Assembly: GCF_006345805.1 (NCBI RefSeq)
Contig: NC_043010.1
Span: forward strand, 3,162,001 to 3,226,000
Direction: 5' to 3'
Source of the DNA: Octopus sinensis
Taxonomy: Eukaryota
DNA: 64,000 nt
Of this stretch, positions 12,959 to 26,175 are shown piece after piece. Position 1 is the first letter of the stretch; every line of letters starts with the position of its first letter. The position numbers and the translations under genes are program-made. The notes beneath the pieces were generated by a model. The model saw only the letters and a list, made by a program, of their open reading frames with translations. It did not search any database and had not been told where the DNA came from.

Positions 12959-15900
12959 AAGTTACCAAACACTTGTGAGTGGATTTGGTAAATGGAAACA
13001 GAAGGAAGCCCATGTGTGTGAATGTATGTATTTGTGTGTGTGTGTGTCTTCTTGTCTTAACATTGGATATTGGAAACCTGTGTCATTCATTTGCAATATT
13101 CTGTAGAAACAGATCTGATCATGGGAAAATATTACCTTCGTTGGTGACAGGAAGGGTGACTAGCGATAGAAAATATGGCTCGAGAAACCTTTGTCTGACC
13201 CATGCAAGCACAGAAAAAGAGTTCATTAAAAAGAGATCATTAAGATAATGATGATAATGACGATGAAACCCTTACAGTGCATGAATAAATGGATGTTAAG
13301 TTACATAGAACATAAAAGAGCACGAAAATAAACAATTTGTTATATTTAGCTACATAACTGTTTATTTTGTGTACCTAATCTCAGCACTAAGATAAACTCG
13401 GTCTTTTGTCCCTATGGGACCATTAAACATAAGTATTATTTTGTGGGTACATTTTTTTTATTCCACTGGGGGTTATTAATGTAAATACAAGTGTTATTTT
13501 GGGGGTGTAAATCCCATTTAGTTTATAGATAACTATGAAAAATGTATTTGCATTCATGTACGAAATTATCAGTGGTTTCAAATTTCTGCAAAAAGGCCAG
13601 CAATTTAGTGAGAGGGGAAAGTCGATTATCTCGACCCCAGTTCTCAACTGGTACTTGTTTTAACAGCCCCAGAATGATGAAAGGCAAAGTCAACCTTGGC
13701 AGAATTTGAACTCAGAACATAAAGTCAGATGAAATACCACTAAGCATTTTGCCCAGCGTACTTGTGATTCTGCCAGCTCACCACCTTAAATACGAAAACT
13801 AATATTACAATGTAAAATTGCATCTTATGCGAAGCAATTGCCATTCATTTGAATATAGAGTCAACAAGGGAGCCTTTATGCAGTTGTTAAATCTGCCAGA
13901 AATAGTAGTCAAATATTCCTCAAATCAACTGACCATATCAGCAAATGAAATGTTTGATATGTGATCCTGAGCTCTCTATACATAAGAAAAAGTTGGGATG
14001 GGCATGGTTGGGATGCTTTGATCATAGATCTACTTGATCAGGCCTGACTTGGAGCAAAGCAACACCATTAACTTATATATACATACATACAGACACACTG
14101 ACACACAAACACACACACACGCACACATTAACACATACAGACACACACACGCACACACATATATTCACACTTCCACATATATATATTACACTCATATATA
14201 TATATACACATAAACATATGTATGTGTGTTAGATGATGAACCTCATAAATAGTTAAATCAGTGACTCTTCTTGCTTGACAGCAGATAATAATGATAAAAA
14301 CTACAACATTAAGAACTACAACAATGAAAATCCACATAATCACATACAGTATATATATATAAAAACTCAATTCGCCCACATATACACACATACATATGCA
14401 CAAATACACCCACTCTGTCATACATATATGCATTGAGAAACACAAGCATACACATACCTACACACATAGATTCATACATACATACACACACATACAAATA
14501 CATACTGTCATGCATGCATTCATACATACATAATATATACAGACATACATACACAAACCCACACATACATACACACATACATACATACATACATACATAC
14601 ATACATACATACAAACATACATACATACATACACGCATACATACATACGTATATATATGTATGCAAAAATACATATAAAAACAAAAGCATACACACATAC
14701 ATACCTACTTTGCATACATACACAAGAATAGACGTACAGCTATACATAAGCACATACATATACAAATGAAAAGACACACACACTGCAATACATACTTTCA
14801 CAAACACACCATACTACTTACTATACATGCATACACGAACACAATCACACATACACAGACAGACACATCTATAAATTTACGCAATAAATGAAGTTTAAGA
14901 TTCACAGAAGCCAAATGTTCACAACTCTGTTACAAAAACACAGCTAGTTTAACACTCTTCAATGATTTTTATTTCCATCTAACTCATTTCCTAGTGGCTA
15001 TTATATGAACAATAACTGATTGGTATTGGCCATTATGTAAAATAAACGGTCAGTATAAAGATTTGGAAGAAAGAAATGTTCTTTGTTTCCAACGATATGA
15101 AAATAGTCATTTCATATTTGAAATCTATATTATAGGAACAAGCATGGCTGTGTGGTAAGAAGCTTGCTACCCAACCACATGGTTCCAGGTTCAGTCCCAT
15201 TGTGTGGCACCATGGGCAACTGTTTTCTAATATAACATCAGGTTGCGCAAAGCGTTGAAAGTGGATTTAGTAGATGGAAACTGAAAGAAGCCTTTATAAT
15301 ATATACATTTAAACAATGATGATGATGATGATGATGATATTTATATGTATTCTTATTCTATATATATGTGTGTGTGTGTGTGTGTATATATGTATGAGTC
15401 TGGTGTTGGTGTGTTTACTTAGCAGTTTGGCAAAAGAGACTGATAGAATAAGTACTTGGCTTAAAATAAAAAAATAAGTATTAGGGTTGAGTTGTTCAAC
15501 TAAAACTCCTCACAACATCCTCTGGCAGACTGAAACAAGTAAAAGATATTGTTGATGTCATTGTTGTTATTACTGTTGTTGTTTAAACCTAGGTCAAACT
15601 TGATTGAACAGACCTATGATCATATGACAATCCAATCATGACTATCACATTTTGTTTTTAGCAATAGTGTAACCCTGCCTCAACAACATTATCCAAAAAT
15701 GTCCTTTGGTTTTTTTAAGACACTAAGCAGAGAGTGGTATAAGAATGAGGGAGATAGGGTAGCTATTTCCAGCAGATCACAGGAATTTTTCGAAGGAAGG
15801 GCACAAAGTCAGAAGGGAATATAATTTCAGGAGAAAAGGGCGTAATAACATTACTTAGAAGGGTGGACTTCTTTTCTTAAGGGTGGGGGGAATGTGCCGC

Positions 15901-15959
15901 TCAGGCCCCCACTTTGGTCTGCCCCTAGATCATGCAATCATGTAAAGAATGAAAAAAAC

Positions 15960-16920
15960 TCCCTCATTGAAGTTGCTGAAATCTATGTCAGTTGATCAGG
16001 TGGTTATGAAGAAAACCTGGCAAGCAAGTTTTAATGAGATATCTATATTTGTGGTTTTTGCTTTTTCATCAGGTAGGATTTTTTCCTACCTGTGTTTCGT
16101 TAACAGACCTGCAGTGTTGAAAGTCAAGTGATTGCTAGAACTGAACTCTTGACTTCTGGAATGTTGTCAGTCATTCACATTCGTTTATTAGTCAGATAAA
16201 ATGACTGATGGAACTTCCATATTAGCATTCTCTAGAAGACTAGTAATTGAGAAAAGTGATGCTGTTCTTGGAGAATATTCTGGGAATCAGTAAGAATGAA
16301 CTGGTTGGTCCTTTGGAGGACCTTTCGCCTAGGGAGTATATAGTTAAATTCCAGATATCTCATGCCTGTTAATGCTACTGTGGGAGGGGTGGTCATTGCC
16401 AGTAAATGATAAACTCTAGCATGGAGATACTGAAAGTAATGTCAGCTTGGCCTGTCAGCCAAGCAGGCAGAGCAATGAAACCATTCTGCATACATTTCTT
16501 CTAGTGAAACCATTCTGCATACATTTCTTCCACATATGAATACTGAAGACTTTTGGATTTTTGTTGAAGGGCAGCAGTTGTCATATGTAGGAATGATCTT
16601 CCTTTCAGCTGATCCCATTATGATAACCATTCTGCTGCTTTCCTTCGTGAAAAGGAAGAACAGATGGGTTTTTTCTTCCTTTTTGGTGGCTATGACAAAA
16701 GACATGCTGTAGATGGAACTGACAAAACAAATTGAAGACAAACACTTTTTGCTGTGACCAAGACCACATCATCTTTTACAAGTTCCACTTAACTATAAGG
16801 TGAGGGTGAGAAGAAAGGCACTGCTTCCATATAGGCCTACATGTGTGCTAGGGAAAGGACATTTACCCTTGGTAGCCAGAGCAATCTGGATCTGTGGTGT
16901 TCCTTGATTGCTGCTTGATA
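15960..16920 (-). mobile_element. Possible heavily decayed LINE 5' region
   Basis: Broken frames with a PHD-like EWFHCSAC followed by LTFNTAGLLTKH, resembling an APE endonuclease start. Confidence 0.3.
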
Positions 16921-17126
16921 ACTCTGGGGATCTTATAGAATTTTATAAAGGCATAGCTGTGTGGTAAGAAGCTTGTTTCTCAACCTCGTAGTTCTGGGTT
17001 CAGTCCCACTGCATGGCACCTTGGGCAAGTGTCTTCTGCTATAGCCGCAAGCCGACCAAAGCCTTGTGAGTAGATTTGGTAGATGGAAACTGAAAGAAGC
17101 CCATCATATCTATCTATCTATCTATC

Positions 17127-17160
<34 letters not shown>

Positions 17161-17536
17161 ATAATATATATATATAAATATACATATGTATATATTTGTG
17201 TGTGTGTTTGTCCCCCCACCATCGCTTGACAACCAATGTTGGTGTGTTTATATCCCCATAACTTAGCAGTTCAGCAAGAGAGACTGATATAATAAGTATT
17301 AGGCTTACAAAGAATGAGTCCTGGGGTTGATTTGTTTGGCTAAAGGCGGTGCTCTGGCATGGCCAAAAAAAAACAAAAAAAGAATAAAAGAATTCTTCTT
17401 TACTTTCTTTCCTTTGTTTAGTCGGTTTCAATGTAAAACCAACATTTTTTGGTAACCTGTTCATGTGATGTCACCTCATCCACCATCCTGGTGGCAAATA
17501 AAAGAAATCATTAATGTTCTCATTATTATTATTATT

Positions 17537-17912
17537 CAGTAGTCTTATTTTTATCACATGCTTTCATTGTACTACCGAGCACAGCTCTGTGTGCCTTGGC
17601 TACGTGCTGTGGTTTGTTGTGATGCCCTTATTTTTACTGTATTGAAAGTGTTTTACGTAGGATGTCTGCAGTGCCCAGTAGTACTATTTTCTGTATGTTT
17701 TATATACTTATTAGTCCTGGAGTTTTTGTAATGTCTGAATATTTCTTTTATCATACCTAATACACCTACTACGATAGGAATTGTTTCTGTTTTTAGACTC
17801 CACATTCAAGTTACCTCTATTTCCAGATCTTTGTATTTTGAAAGTTTTTCCATTTCTTTTAGAGAAACATTGTTGTCTGTTGGTGTTGACACATCGATTA
17901 GAAAGCATTCTT
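17537..17912 (-). mobile_element. 5'-truncated Dong/R4-like non-LTR retrotransposon (restriction-like endonuclease end plus 3'UTR) in (TAA)n
   Basis: KECFLIDVSTPTDNNVSLKEMEKLSKYKDLEIEVT*MWSLKTETIPIVVGVLG... is typical of the RLE C-terminus. (TAA)n lies on both sides. Confidence 0.85.
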
Positions 17913-18214
17913 TTATTATAATTATTATTATTATTATTATCATCAGGGGAGCTATGAAATAAGTACCAGTTGTGCACTGGGCTTGATGCAATCGACTTCT
18001 CATGAAATTATGCCAACATCTGAAACCATTATTATTATTTTTTTTTTTTTCTTCTTTCAAATTTGCTTCCATTTCTTGCCGAGTGTCTTCCCGACTCATA
18101 GTATACATTGGTAGGCCATTAAACTAAACTCAATAGTTCGTTCATTTAAAAAAAATTTTTTTTAAGTTAAATTAAAATACATGGGTAGTAATAGTTCTCA
18201 CATCGACAATGCTC

Positions 18215-18246
<32 letters not shown>

Positions 18247-18458
18247 AGGTTCTCTTGTTTTAGGAGGATTGCATCATAGACATGTTTACATATTTTCTAT
18301 ATCATGCATTCTTTTAGCTCATTTCAACTTCTTTGCCCTTTCTTTCCCTTATCTTTTATGCAAACCCCATCACACAAATTGTAATCTTGCTCTTGTAATG
18401 TCTCCCTGATCTAATACCACTGTGGCAAATAAAAGGAATCATCATCATCATCATCATC

Positions 18459-18494
<36 letters not shown>

Positions 18495-18639
18495 GGTGGT
18501 GGTGGTGGTGGTGGTAGTAGTAGTAGTAGTGGTAGTAGTGGTGGTAGTAGTGGTAGTAGTAGTAGTAGTAGTAGCAGCAGCAGAACTCATTAGAGTGTCG
18601 TCTATAATGCATTTGTGATATTTTGTTAAGTCCCTAAAC

Positions 18640-19039
18640 ATTGTAAATTTTGATCTCAATGGGATCAGCTTTATCTTTCATCCTTTTAGGGATCGATAAA
18701 ATGAAATATTATTCAAGTACCGCAATCAATTTAATCAGAAACACCCCCTTACCTCCTCAAAAATTTATTGCAGCTATGAGCCAACGTCAGAAATCTTCCC
18801 CACACTAAACACCATCACCACCAAAAACCACCACCATTTTCATCATCATCAGGCTGCTACTTGCTGGCAGAATCCCATGGGGCTTTGAAGAAAGTGCTTG
18901 GTGGCATTTATTTTGGCTCTTTGCATTCTGAGTTCAAATTCTGCTGAGGTCAACTTTGCCTTTCTTCTTTTTGGAGTTGGCATAATCTACTAACACCTCT
19001 CCCCACAGAATTGTTAGCTTCATGCTGAAAGTTTGAAAC

Positions 19040-19076
<37 letters not shown>

Positions 19077-19866
19077 TATTATTATTATTATTATTATTAT
19101 TGTTAACGCACCAGCTGAAATATCAAGCAGCTTTTCATCTATCAAATTCTGCAAAAGTCAGTTTTGCCTTTCATCATTTCAGAGTTGATAAAATAAGTAC
19201 CAGTTGAGTACTGGGGTCGATGTGATTAACTAAACCCCTCCCTGAAGATTTCATGTATTATGCCTATAGCAGAAAGAATTATTATTATCATTAATTCTGC
19301 CAAGGTCAACTTTGCCTTTCATCCTTCCAGGGTCAATAAAATAAGTACCAGTTGAGTACTGGGGTCGATGTACTCAGCTTAATCCCTTTCCTTAAATTGC
19401 TGGCCATGGGCCAAAATTTGAAACCATAATTATTAGTATCATTGTTATTATTTAAGGTAATGAGCTGGCAGAATTGTCAATGAGATTTTGTTTGTCTTGA
19501 TTTTCTGAGTTCAGATGTCACTGGGGCTGAATTTGCCTTTCATCCTTTCGGAGTCGATAAAATAAGTAACAGCCAAGCACTGCAGTCGATGTAATTGACT
19601 TACCCCACTCTGAAAACTTGCTGGTTTAGTGCCAAAATTTGAAACCATTGTTATTATCATTTAAGGCAGTGAACTGGCAGAATCGGTAGAATGCTGGGCA
19701 AAATGCTTAGTGGCATTTCTTTCATCTTTACATTTTGAGTTCAAATTCTGCTGAGGTCATCTTTGGCTCCCATCTTTTCAGGAATTGATAAATTAAGTAC
19801 TACCTGGATACTGGGGTTGATGCAATCAACTTACTGCTTGGAAGTTGCTGGCCTTGTGCCAAGATA

Positions 19867-19908
<42 letters not shown>

Positions 19909-20168
19909 TTATTATTATTATTATTATAATTATTATAATTATTAATTTTATTATTAAGGCAGGAAGCTGGCAGAATCATTAGCATGCCGGGTAAAATGCT
20001 TTGCGGTATTTTGTCGGCCACTATATTCTGAATTCAAATTCCGCTGAGGTCACTTTTGCCTTTCATCTTTTTGGGGTCGATAAATTAAGTACCAGGAAAA
20101 CACTGGGGTCAATGCAATTGACTAGTCCCCTCCTGCTAGATTTCAGGCTTGTACCTTTAGTAGAAAGG

Positions 20169-20216
<48 letters not shown>

Positions 20217-20220
20217 GTTA
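18640..20220 (+). repeat. Head-to-tail array of ~7 copies of a ~210-bp tRNA-derived SINE with (ATT)n tails
   Basis: Recurrent tggcagaat...ttctgagttcaaattc...tttgcctttcatc...gataaa.taagtacc...actggggtcgatg units. Confidence 0.9.
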
Positions 20221-20705
20221 TTGGCAAGGTGGAAGCAAAAATGCTTTTGCAGTACTTGACTATGCTTCTATACATTCCTTTACACATAAATGAGAGGGAA
20301 GTATGCATGTGATGTATATATTTCTGGACAGAGGACACATGTCCAGATCTTTGGATATACAGACAGATAGAGAGACAAAGAGAAAGATGGGTGGATAGGC
20401 AGATAAAATCTACTTGCTAAATCAAGGGAGATATAATGTTTCAAAAATAGATATAAACGCAGATGTATGGATGCACAGCAAGTCTGAGACAGCCAAGAAA
20501 ATATAGAAATAGATAAAAAGACACATTAATACATAGATATAAGGAAATATAAATAAGTATATAATAAAACTGTGTTTGTGTGTATGTGTATATATTAACA
20601 TATGTATGAGTGCATACATGTGTGTATGTTTCTTTGTATATATGTTGTATGTATATTTATATATGTATATACAATATATGAATATATAAAATATACAATA
20701 TTTGG

Positions 20706-20745
<40 letters not shown>

Positions 20746-21469
20746 TATATGTATACACATACATTTATGTATACACACACAAATATATGTATACACGTAT
20801 ATGTATGTATACACACACACATACACGTATGTATGTATATCTATGTATACATATGTATTCATAGATATATTTTCTATGTATGTGTGGTGTGTATGCATGT
20901 GTGTGTGTTTGCATATATGTGTGCGTATGTGTGTGCGTGTGAATACAGATACACACACACAGACACACACACACATATATTTGTACAAAGGTACATTAAT
21001 ACATACATATATGCAAAGAAACAATCAGACATAAAACATAGGCTTGCACATCAAAATAAATAATTGGACATTTAACACAGGGGGCAGGTGAATTGATATA
21101 GGTAGGAGAAAGGGTGACTGGATTGCCTACTGGACTGACAGATATACAAGAAAGAGAGACACTGAAGTAGATTAATACACAAATAAACAGTCAAATTAAC
21201 AAATAGATAATAAAATAAGCAGTCATGTGGGTAGATAGGTAATCAAATATAATTTACTAGAATTTGCTGAGAAAGTAGTGGTGTGTATTTGTCTGATTTG
21301 TTAAAGGATAGAGAGATAAAATATTCATAGTGAGGGAGTTATAAACAAAAGGACAGCTAAAGAGACAATCAAAGATGTGAATTGATAGAGAGAGATAGAG
21401 ACTAAAGGAGATAAAGAAAATAGGAGAGAGAGCACTATGTATGTTATGTATGTATGAATGAATACACAG

Positions 21470-21540
<71 letters not shown>

Positions 21541-21942
21541 TATATGTGTGTGTGTGTCTGTGTGTGTGTATCTGTATTCACACACACACACACATATATA
21601 TATGTATGCACACACATATGTACACACACATAACTCATATATCTTTTATCTTTAATCTTTTCCTTGTTTCAGTCATTGGGCTATGGTTTTGCTGAGGCAC
21701 CGGCTCAAAGGGTTTAGTTCAACAAATCAACTGCAGAATGTATTTTTAAATTTTGGTACATATTCTGTTGGTGTCTTTCTGCAAAACCCCTGCGAATTAC
21801 AGGGACATAAATAAACCAACACTGATTGTCAAATGGTGGTGGGGTAACAAACAAAAACATAACGATGCATAGATAGATAGATAGATGGATGGATGGATGG
21901 ATGGATGGATGGATGATGGATGGATGGATGGATGGATGGATG

Positions 21943-21977
<35 letters not shown>

Positions 21978-22001
21978 GGATGGATGGATGGATGGATGGA
22001 C

Positions 22002-22035
<34 letters not shown>

Positions 22036-22849
22036 ATGGACGGATGAATGGATAGATGGATGGATGGATGGATAGATAGATACATACATACATACATACA
22101 TACGTACATACATACATACATGATAAGATTCTCTCAGTTTCTGTCAACCAAAAGCCACTAACAAGGCTTTGGTGAGCCCAGTGCTATAATAGAAGGCACT
22201 TGCCCAAAATGTATGCAATGAGATTGAACCCAGAGCCATGTGGTTGGGAAGCAAACTTCATACTACACAACCATGCTTGTAATATTTTCATTCGTTTGTT
22301 AACCCTGAAGGGTACCATATTAAGCTCATCCATGAATTCAGGCTCTCAGAAAAACATATCTGTAGAGTTTTTACAATTACAAAAAAGGAAAATGTAATGA
22401 GTAAGTATTTTTATTACATTAATTTACAATTGTTTCATCTGAATTCAATCTCATGTATATTGCTATATCATGTGATAAGTAACTATCTATTCATGAGGTG
22501 TTATTGGCATATATCGAAATTTGATTCTTCAGAATTATGCATAAAAGTTAAGAGACAAATTTTGACACATGTCCATGACTCCTCTTGAATAAATATTTGC
22601 ATATTATCATCATCATCATCATCGTTTAATGTCCATTTTCCATGCTGGCATGGCTGAGATGGTTTTACTGGAGCTGGCCAGCCATGAAGCTGTCCAGAGT
22701 CCAATTGTTTGTTTGGCAAGTTTCTACAGCTGGATGCACTTCATAACACCAACCACTTTACAGTGTGTTCTGGGTGCTTCAAGATTGAATTTAGATGAAA
22801 TAATTGTGAATTAGTGTAATAAAAGAACTTTCTGAATCTATTCATCTTG

Positions 22850-22895
<46 letters not shown>

Positions 22896-23927
22896 AATAT
22901 ATATATATATATGTATATGTGTGTGTACCAGTTTAAAGATAATCTCAAACTCAACTGAGGAATGAAAACTTCAAATGACCCGGGCGTGTTTTTTCTTGTC
23001 CCTCTTTTGTATCATCTGTCTGGATGTTTTGTGTTCTTGTCCCATTTTTTGTATTCCTTTGTGTGTATATATATATACATACATACATACATACGTACAT
23101 ACATACATACATATATACATACTCTAGACATAGTTCTGTCTGTGTTGTTACAAAACTTGCGTCCAAAAATGGGGGGTTTCAAGATAGTCTCTTTCTTTTA
23201 CTAGATAGAACTTTCTTTTACTTTTAACAGTTATATTTACTTCCAAGTGGAAGTATTTAGGATTGGGACAAACTTATGATAAATGAAACTGAAACTGAAA
23301 TGTTTACAAGAACCAAAATCATGTGGCACTAATTTGTTAAATTTAATTTCCAAAATTAAAACTATATACAAGGAAAATATCAAAATTCAAAATTCAAATA
23401 CAAATTTATAAAACATTTGTGTTATTAAACATATCAAATCCATAAGAAATATTATCTCTAAACGAATACTGCAGTTAATTTGCTTTTACTTGATGTATTT
23501 GCATTAAGTATGATGTACAGATGGCTATTTAAATCTAATACTGCTTCTGTTGCATATAATGGATTTTTATTCAGCAGGGCAGCTGATTGCTACATCAGTG
23601 ATTTTTCAATCATTGTTTATGCATATCAGTAGTGACATATAGTATTAGGATGTGGTTGGTAGTGAGTATGTACTACAACAAAGACGAAAGAAGCAGAATT
23701 GTGCAACTAGCATTCTCACCTCCACTCTGAATGATTCCTGTTTGCTGCTGATATATTTGTATTTTAAAATACAGTGTGTCCATAAGATATATTATTTCCA
23801 GGTGAATACTGCCGTTAATTTGTGATTTCACAATGTATTTGAGTTAAGTATGGTACACAGATGGCTAAAAATTGTCAGTTTTATATAAATTCAGTTTCAG
23901 TTCAACTCAGCATTTATATACATATAT

Positions 23928-23995
<68 letters not shown>

Positions 23996-24069
23996 ACATA
24001 CATTTATATACATATATATTGTATACATACATTTATGTACATATATATTGTATACATACATTTATGTAC

Positions 24070-24100
<31 letters not shown>

Positions 24101-24379
24101 AATATATATATACATACATTTATATAGATATATATTGTGTGTATATATATACATCTATACACATATATATTGTATATGTATATATATACATACAGTTATA
24201 TATATATATATTGTGTTTATATATGTATAATATATATATATATATAAACACAATATATATATATATGTATATATATATTGTGTATACATATATACATACA
24301 TATATATATACACACACACATACGATATATATATATATACACACACACATATATGCATACATACATTTATATACATATA

Positions 24380-25274
24380 TGTGGTTTGATTAATAAGTAT
24401 CCGAACTCTTGCCATAGTAACAAAGCTAAAATACACAGAGTGATGTCACTAGGCAAAGATTGATCTTGGACCCTGCTGTGCATGGGCACTAATTGTTAAC
24501 ATTCTAGCTGACTTTCCTTGTTTACAGCAGTATTTGGAAGGAAGGTGTGTAGTGTGTGATCATTGCACTAGGCATAATAGAGAAAGTTGAGCAGAGAATC
24601 TGCATCAAATTTTGCCAAAAGCTTGGTGATACCTGCTCAGAGGTCTATGCAAAGTTTTCAAAAAGTTTTCATTGTTCTCGACACAATCAAGGAGATCTTG
24701 TACAACTGAAACCCGAGTGTCCTTTTGATCAGCTGAAAGCAGTTTTGGCACAAACTTCGCAGACACGCATCTCATACCCAAATCTTCTGCGATAATGGAC
24801 TGAACTGAACTGTAACTAATCTGCACATTCCCTGATAATTCATGGATGGTGATTCGATTATTTCCCCTCATAGCTGCATGCACATCTGTGATGTTTTTAT
24901 CAGTTCTGCTGGTGGTGAGTCTCCCTGAACGTTCATCAATATTAACATATTTTCAGCCATCTCGGAAACGTCTGAACCACTCATAGACTTCTGTGTGGCT
25001 CATACACTCCTCTTCAAGCACTTTCTGCAACTTTGTGTAGGCCTCTGAGTAGGTATCGACATGACAACTTACTCTGTCATGATCAGTGCGACGATTGCAT
25101 GCTACACACCTTCCTTCTAAGGACTGCTGTAAACAGCAGAAATGAGCTAGAACATCAAAACTTAATGTGCATGCACAGCAGGGTTCAAGAACAATCTTTG
25201 CCAAGTAACTTTACTCTTCATGCTTTAGCTTCATTACTATGGCAACAGTCCAAATACTTATTGATCAGACCTCA
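24380..25274. mobile_element. Mariner-derived non-autonomous element with duplicated, inverted 5' ends
   Basis: TA-flanked. Termini TGTGGTTTGATTAATAAGTAT / TGAGGTCTGATCAATAAGTAT, with inverted similarity over ~280 bp. Transposase N-terminus appears on both strands (EQRICIKFCQKLG on +; VYEWFRRFRDG, RITIHELS, LGMRCVSAKFVPKLLS on -). No catalytic domain. Confidence 0.9.
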
Positions 25275-25277
25275 TAT

Positions 25278-25321
<44 letters not shown>

Positions 25322-25389
25322 CAATGAGGTAAATCCGAAGCGTGGTTATTGCTAGTTGAAAACTATATATATATATGTGAGTGTGTGTG

Positions 25390-25438
<49 letters not shown>

Positions 25439-25739
25439 CATGTGACCGACCAGGCTATCAGATGGTGTTACACATCGCTGGTCACAATGCGCTTCACATT
25501 GTTTTAGCCTACAAATGATACCACTCTGCTGGCTAAGCAAGCAGGCCAACAGAAGAAAGAGTGAAAGAAAGTTGTGGTGAAAGTGTACAGCAGGGATCGC
25601 CACCACCCTCTGCCGGAGCCTTGAGGAACTTTAGGTGTTTTCACTCAATAAGCACTCACAACACCTGGTCTGGGAATCGAAACCTTGATCCTACGACCAC
25701 GAGTCCACTGCCCTAACCACTGGGCCATTGCGCCTCCAC
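25439..25739 (-). mobile_element. tRNA-derived SINE (third family)
   Basis: Head GTGGAGGCGCAATGGCCCAGTGGTTAGGGC...GGTTTCGATTCCC (A and B boxes) followed by a non-tRNA body, flanked by TA/TG repeats. Confidence 0.85.
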
Positions 25740-25758
25740 ATATATGTGTGTGTGTATG

Positions 25759-25832
<74 letters not shown>

Positions 25833-25906
25833 ATATATACACATATATATATATATATACACACATATATTTATATGTATATTGTGTATACATGTACACA
25901 CATATA

Positions 25907-25938
<32 letters not shown>

Positions 25939-26166
25939 TGATTTTTGTAATTCGAAACATAACTATAGTTTAGAAAAAAAGGGGAAATGATACAAATTAT
26001 CATTTGGTTAAATTGATTAAATGAAAGTTTTCATAATTTGTGATAAGTCACTTAACTAGTCTCACAGAGTTTTAGCAACATCAAAGGTATTATTAGATCA
26101 ATCAATAGACATGTACCTAGTGAACTTCTTGAACAAGGAAAAGTAATTGAAAGGAATGTTAATAGT

Positions 26167-26175
26167 ACTCACCTG
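26167..26175 (-). promoter_or_regulatory. Splice donor of the protocadherin large exon
   Basis: CAG|GTGAGT, a consensus 5' splice site, in phase 0. Confidence 0.85.

Noticed and set aside
18640-20220. CRISPR-like repeat/spacer array
   Set aside because: Eukaryotic DNA, with ~210-bp diverged SINE units and no unique spacers or cas genes.
20422-21063. Long YI/HT/CV-rich ORFs (also at 7.1, 14.3, 23.9, 29.4, 41.1, 46.0 and 61.5 kb)
   Set aside because: TA/CA/TACA microsatellites lack stops by composition.
25660-25739. tRNA gene (also at 50210 and other SINE heads)
   Set aside because: A/B boxes are present but there is no full cloverleaf, and the sequence continues into a SINE body.
26098-26172. 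Last 24 codons of the 837-aa ORF as the true C-terminus
   Set aside because: They begin at a consensus donor and no AATAAA was seen nearby. Probably intronic, though an unspliced isoform is possible.
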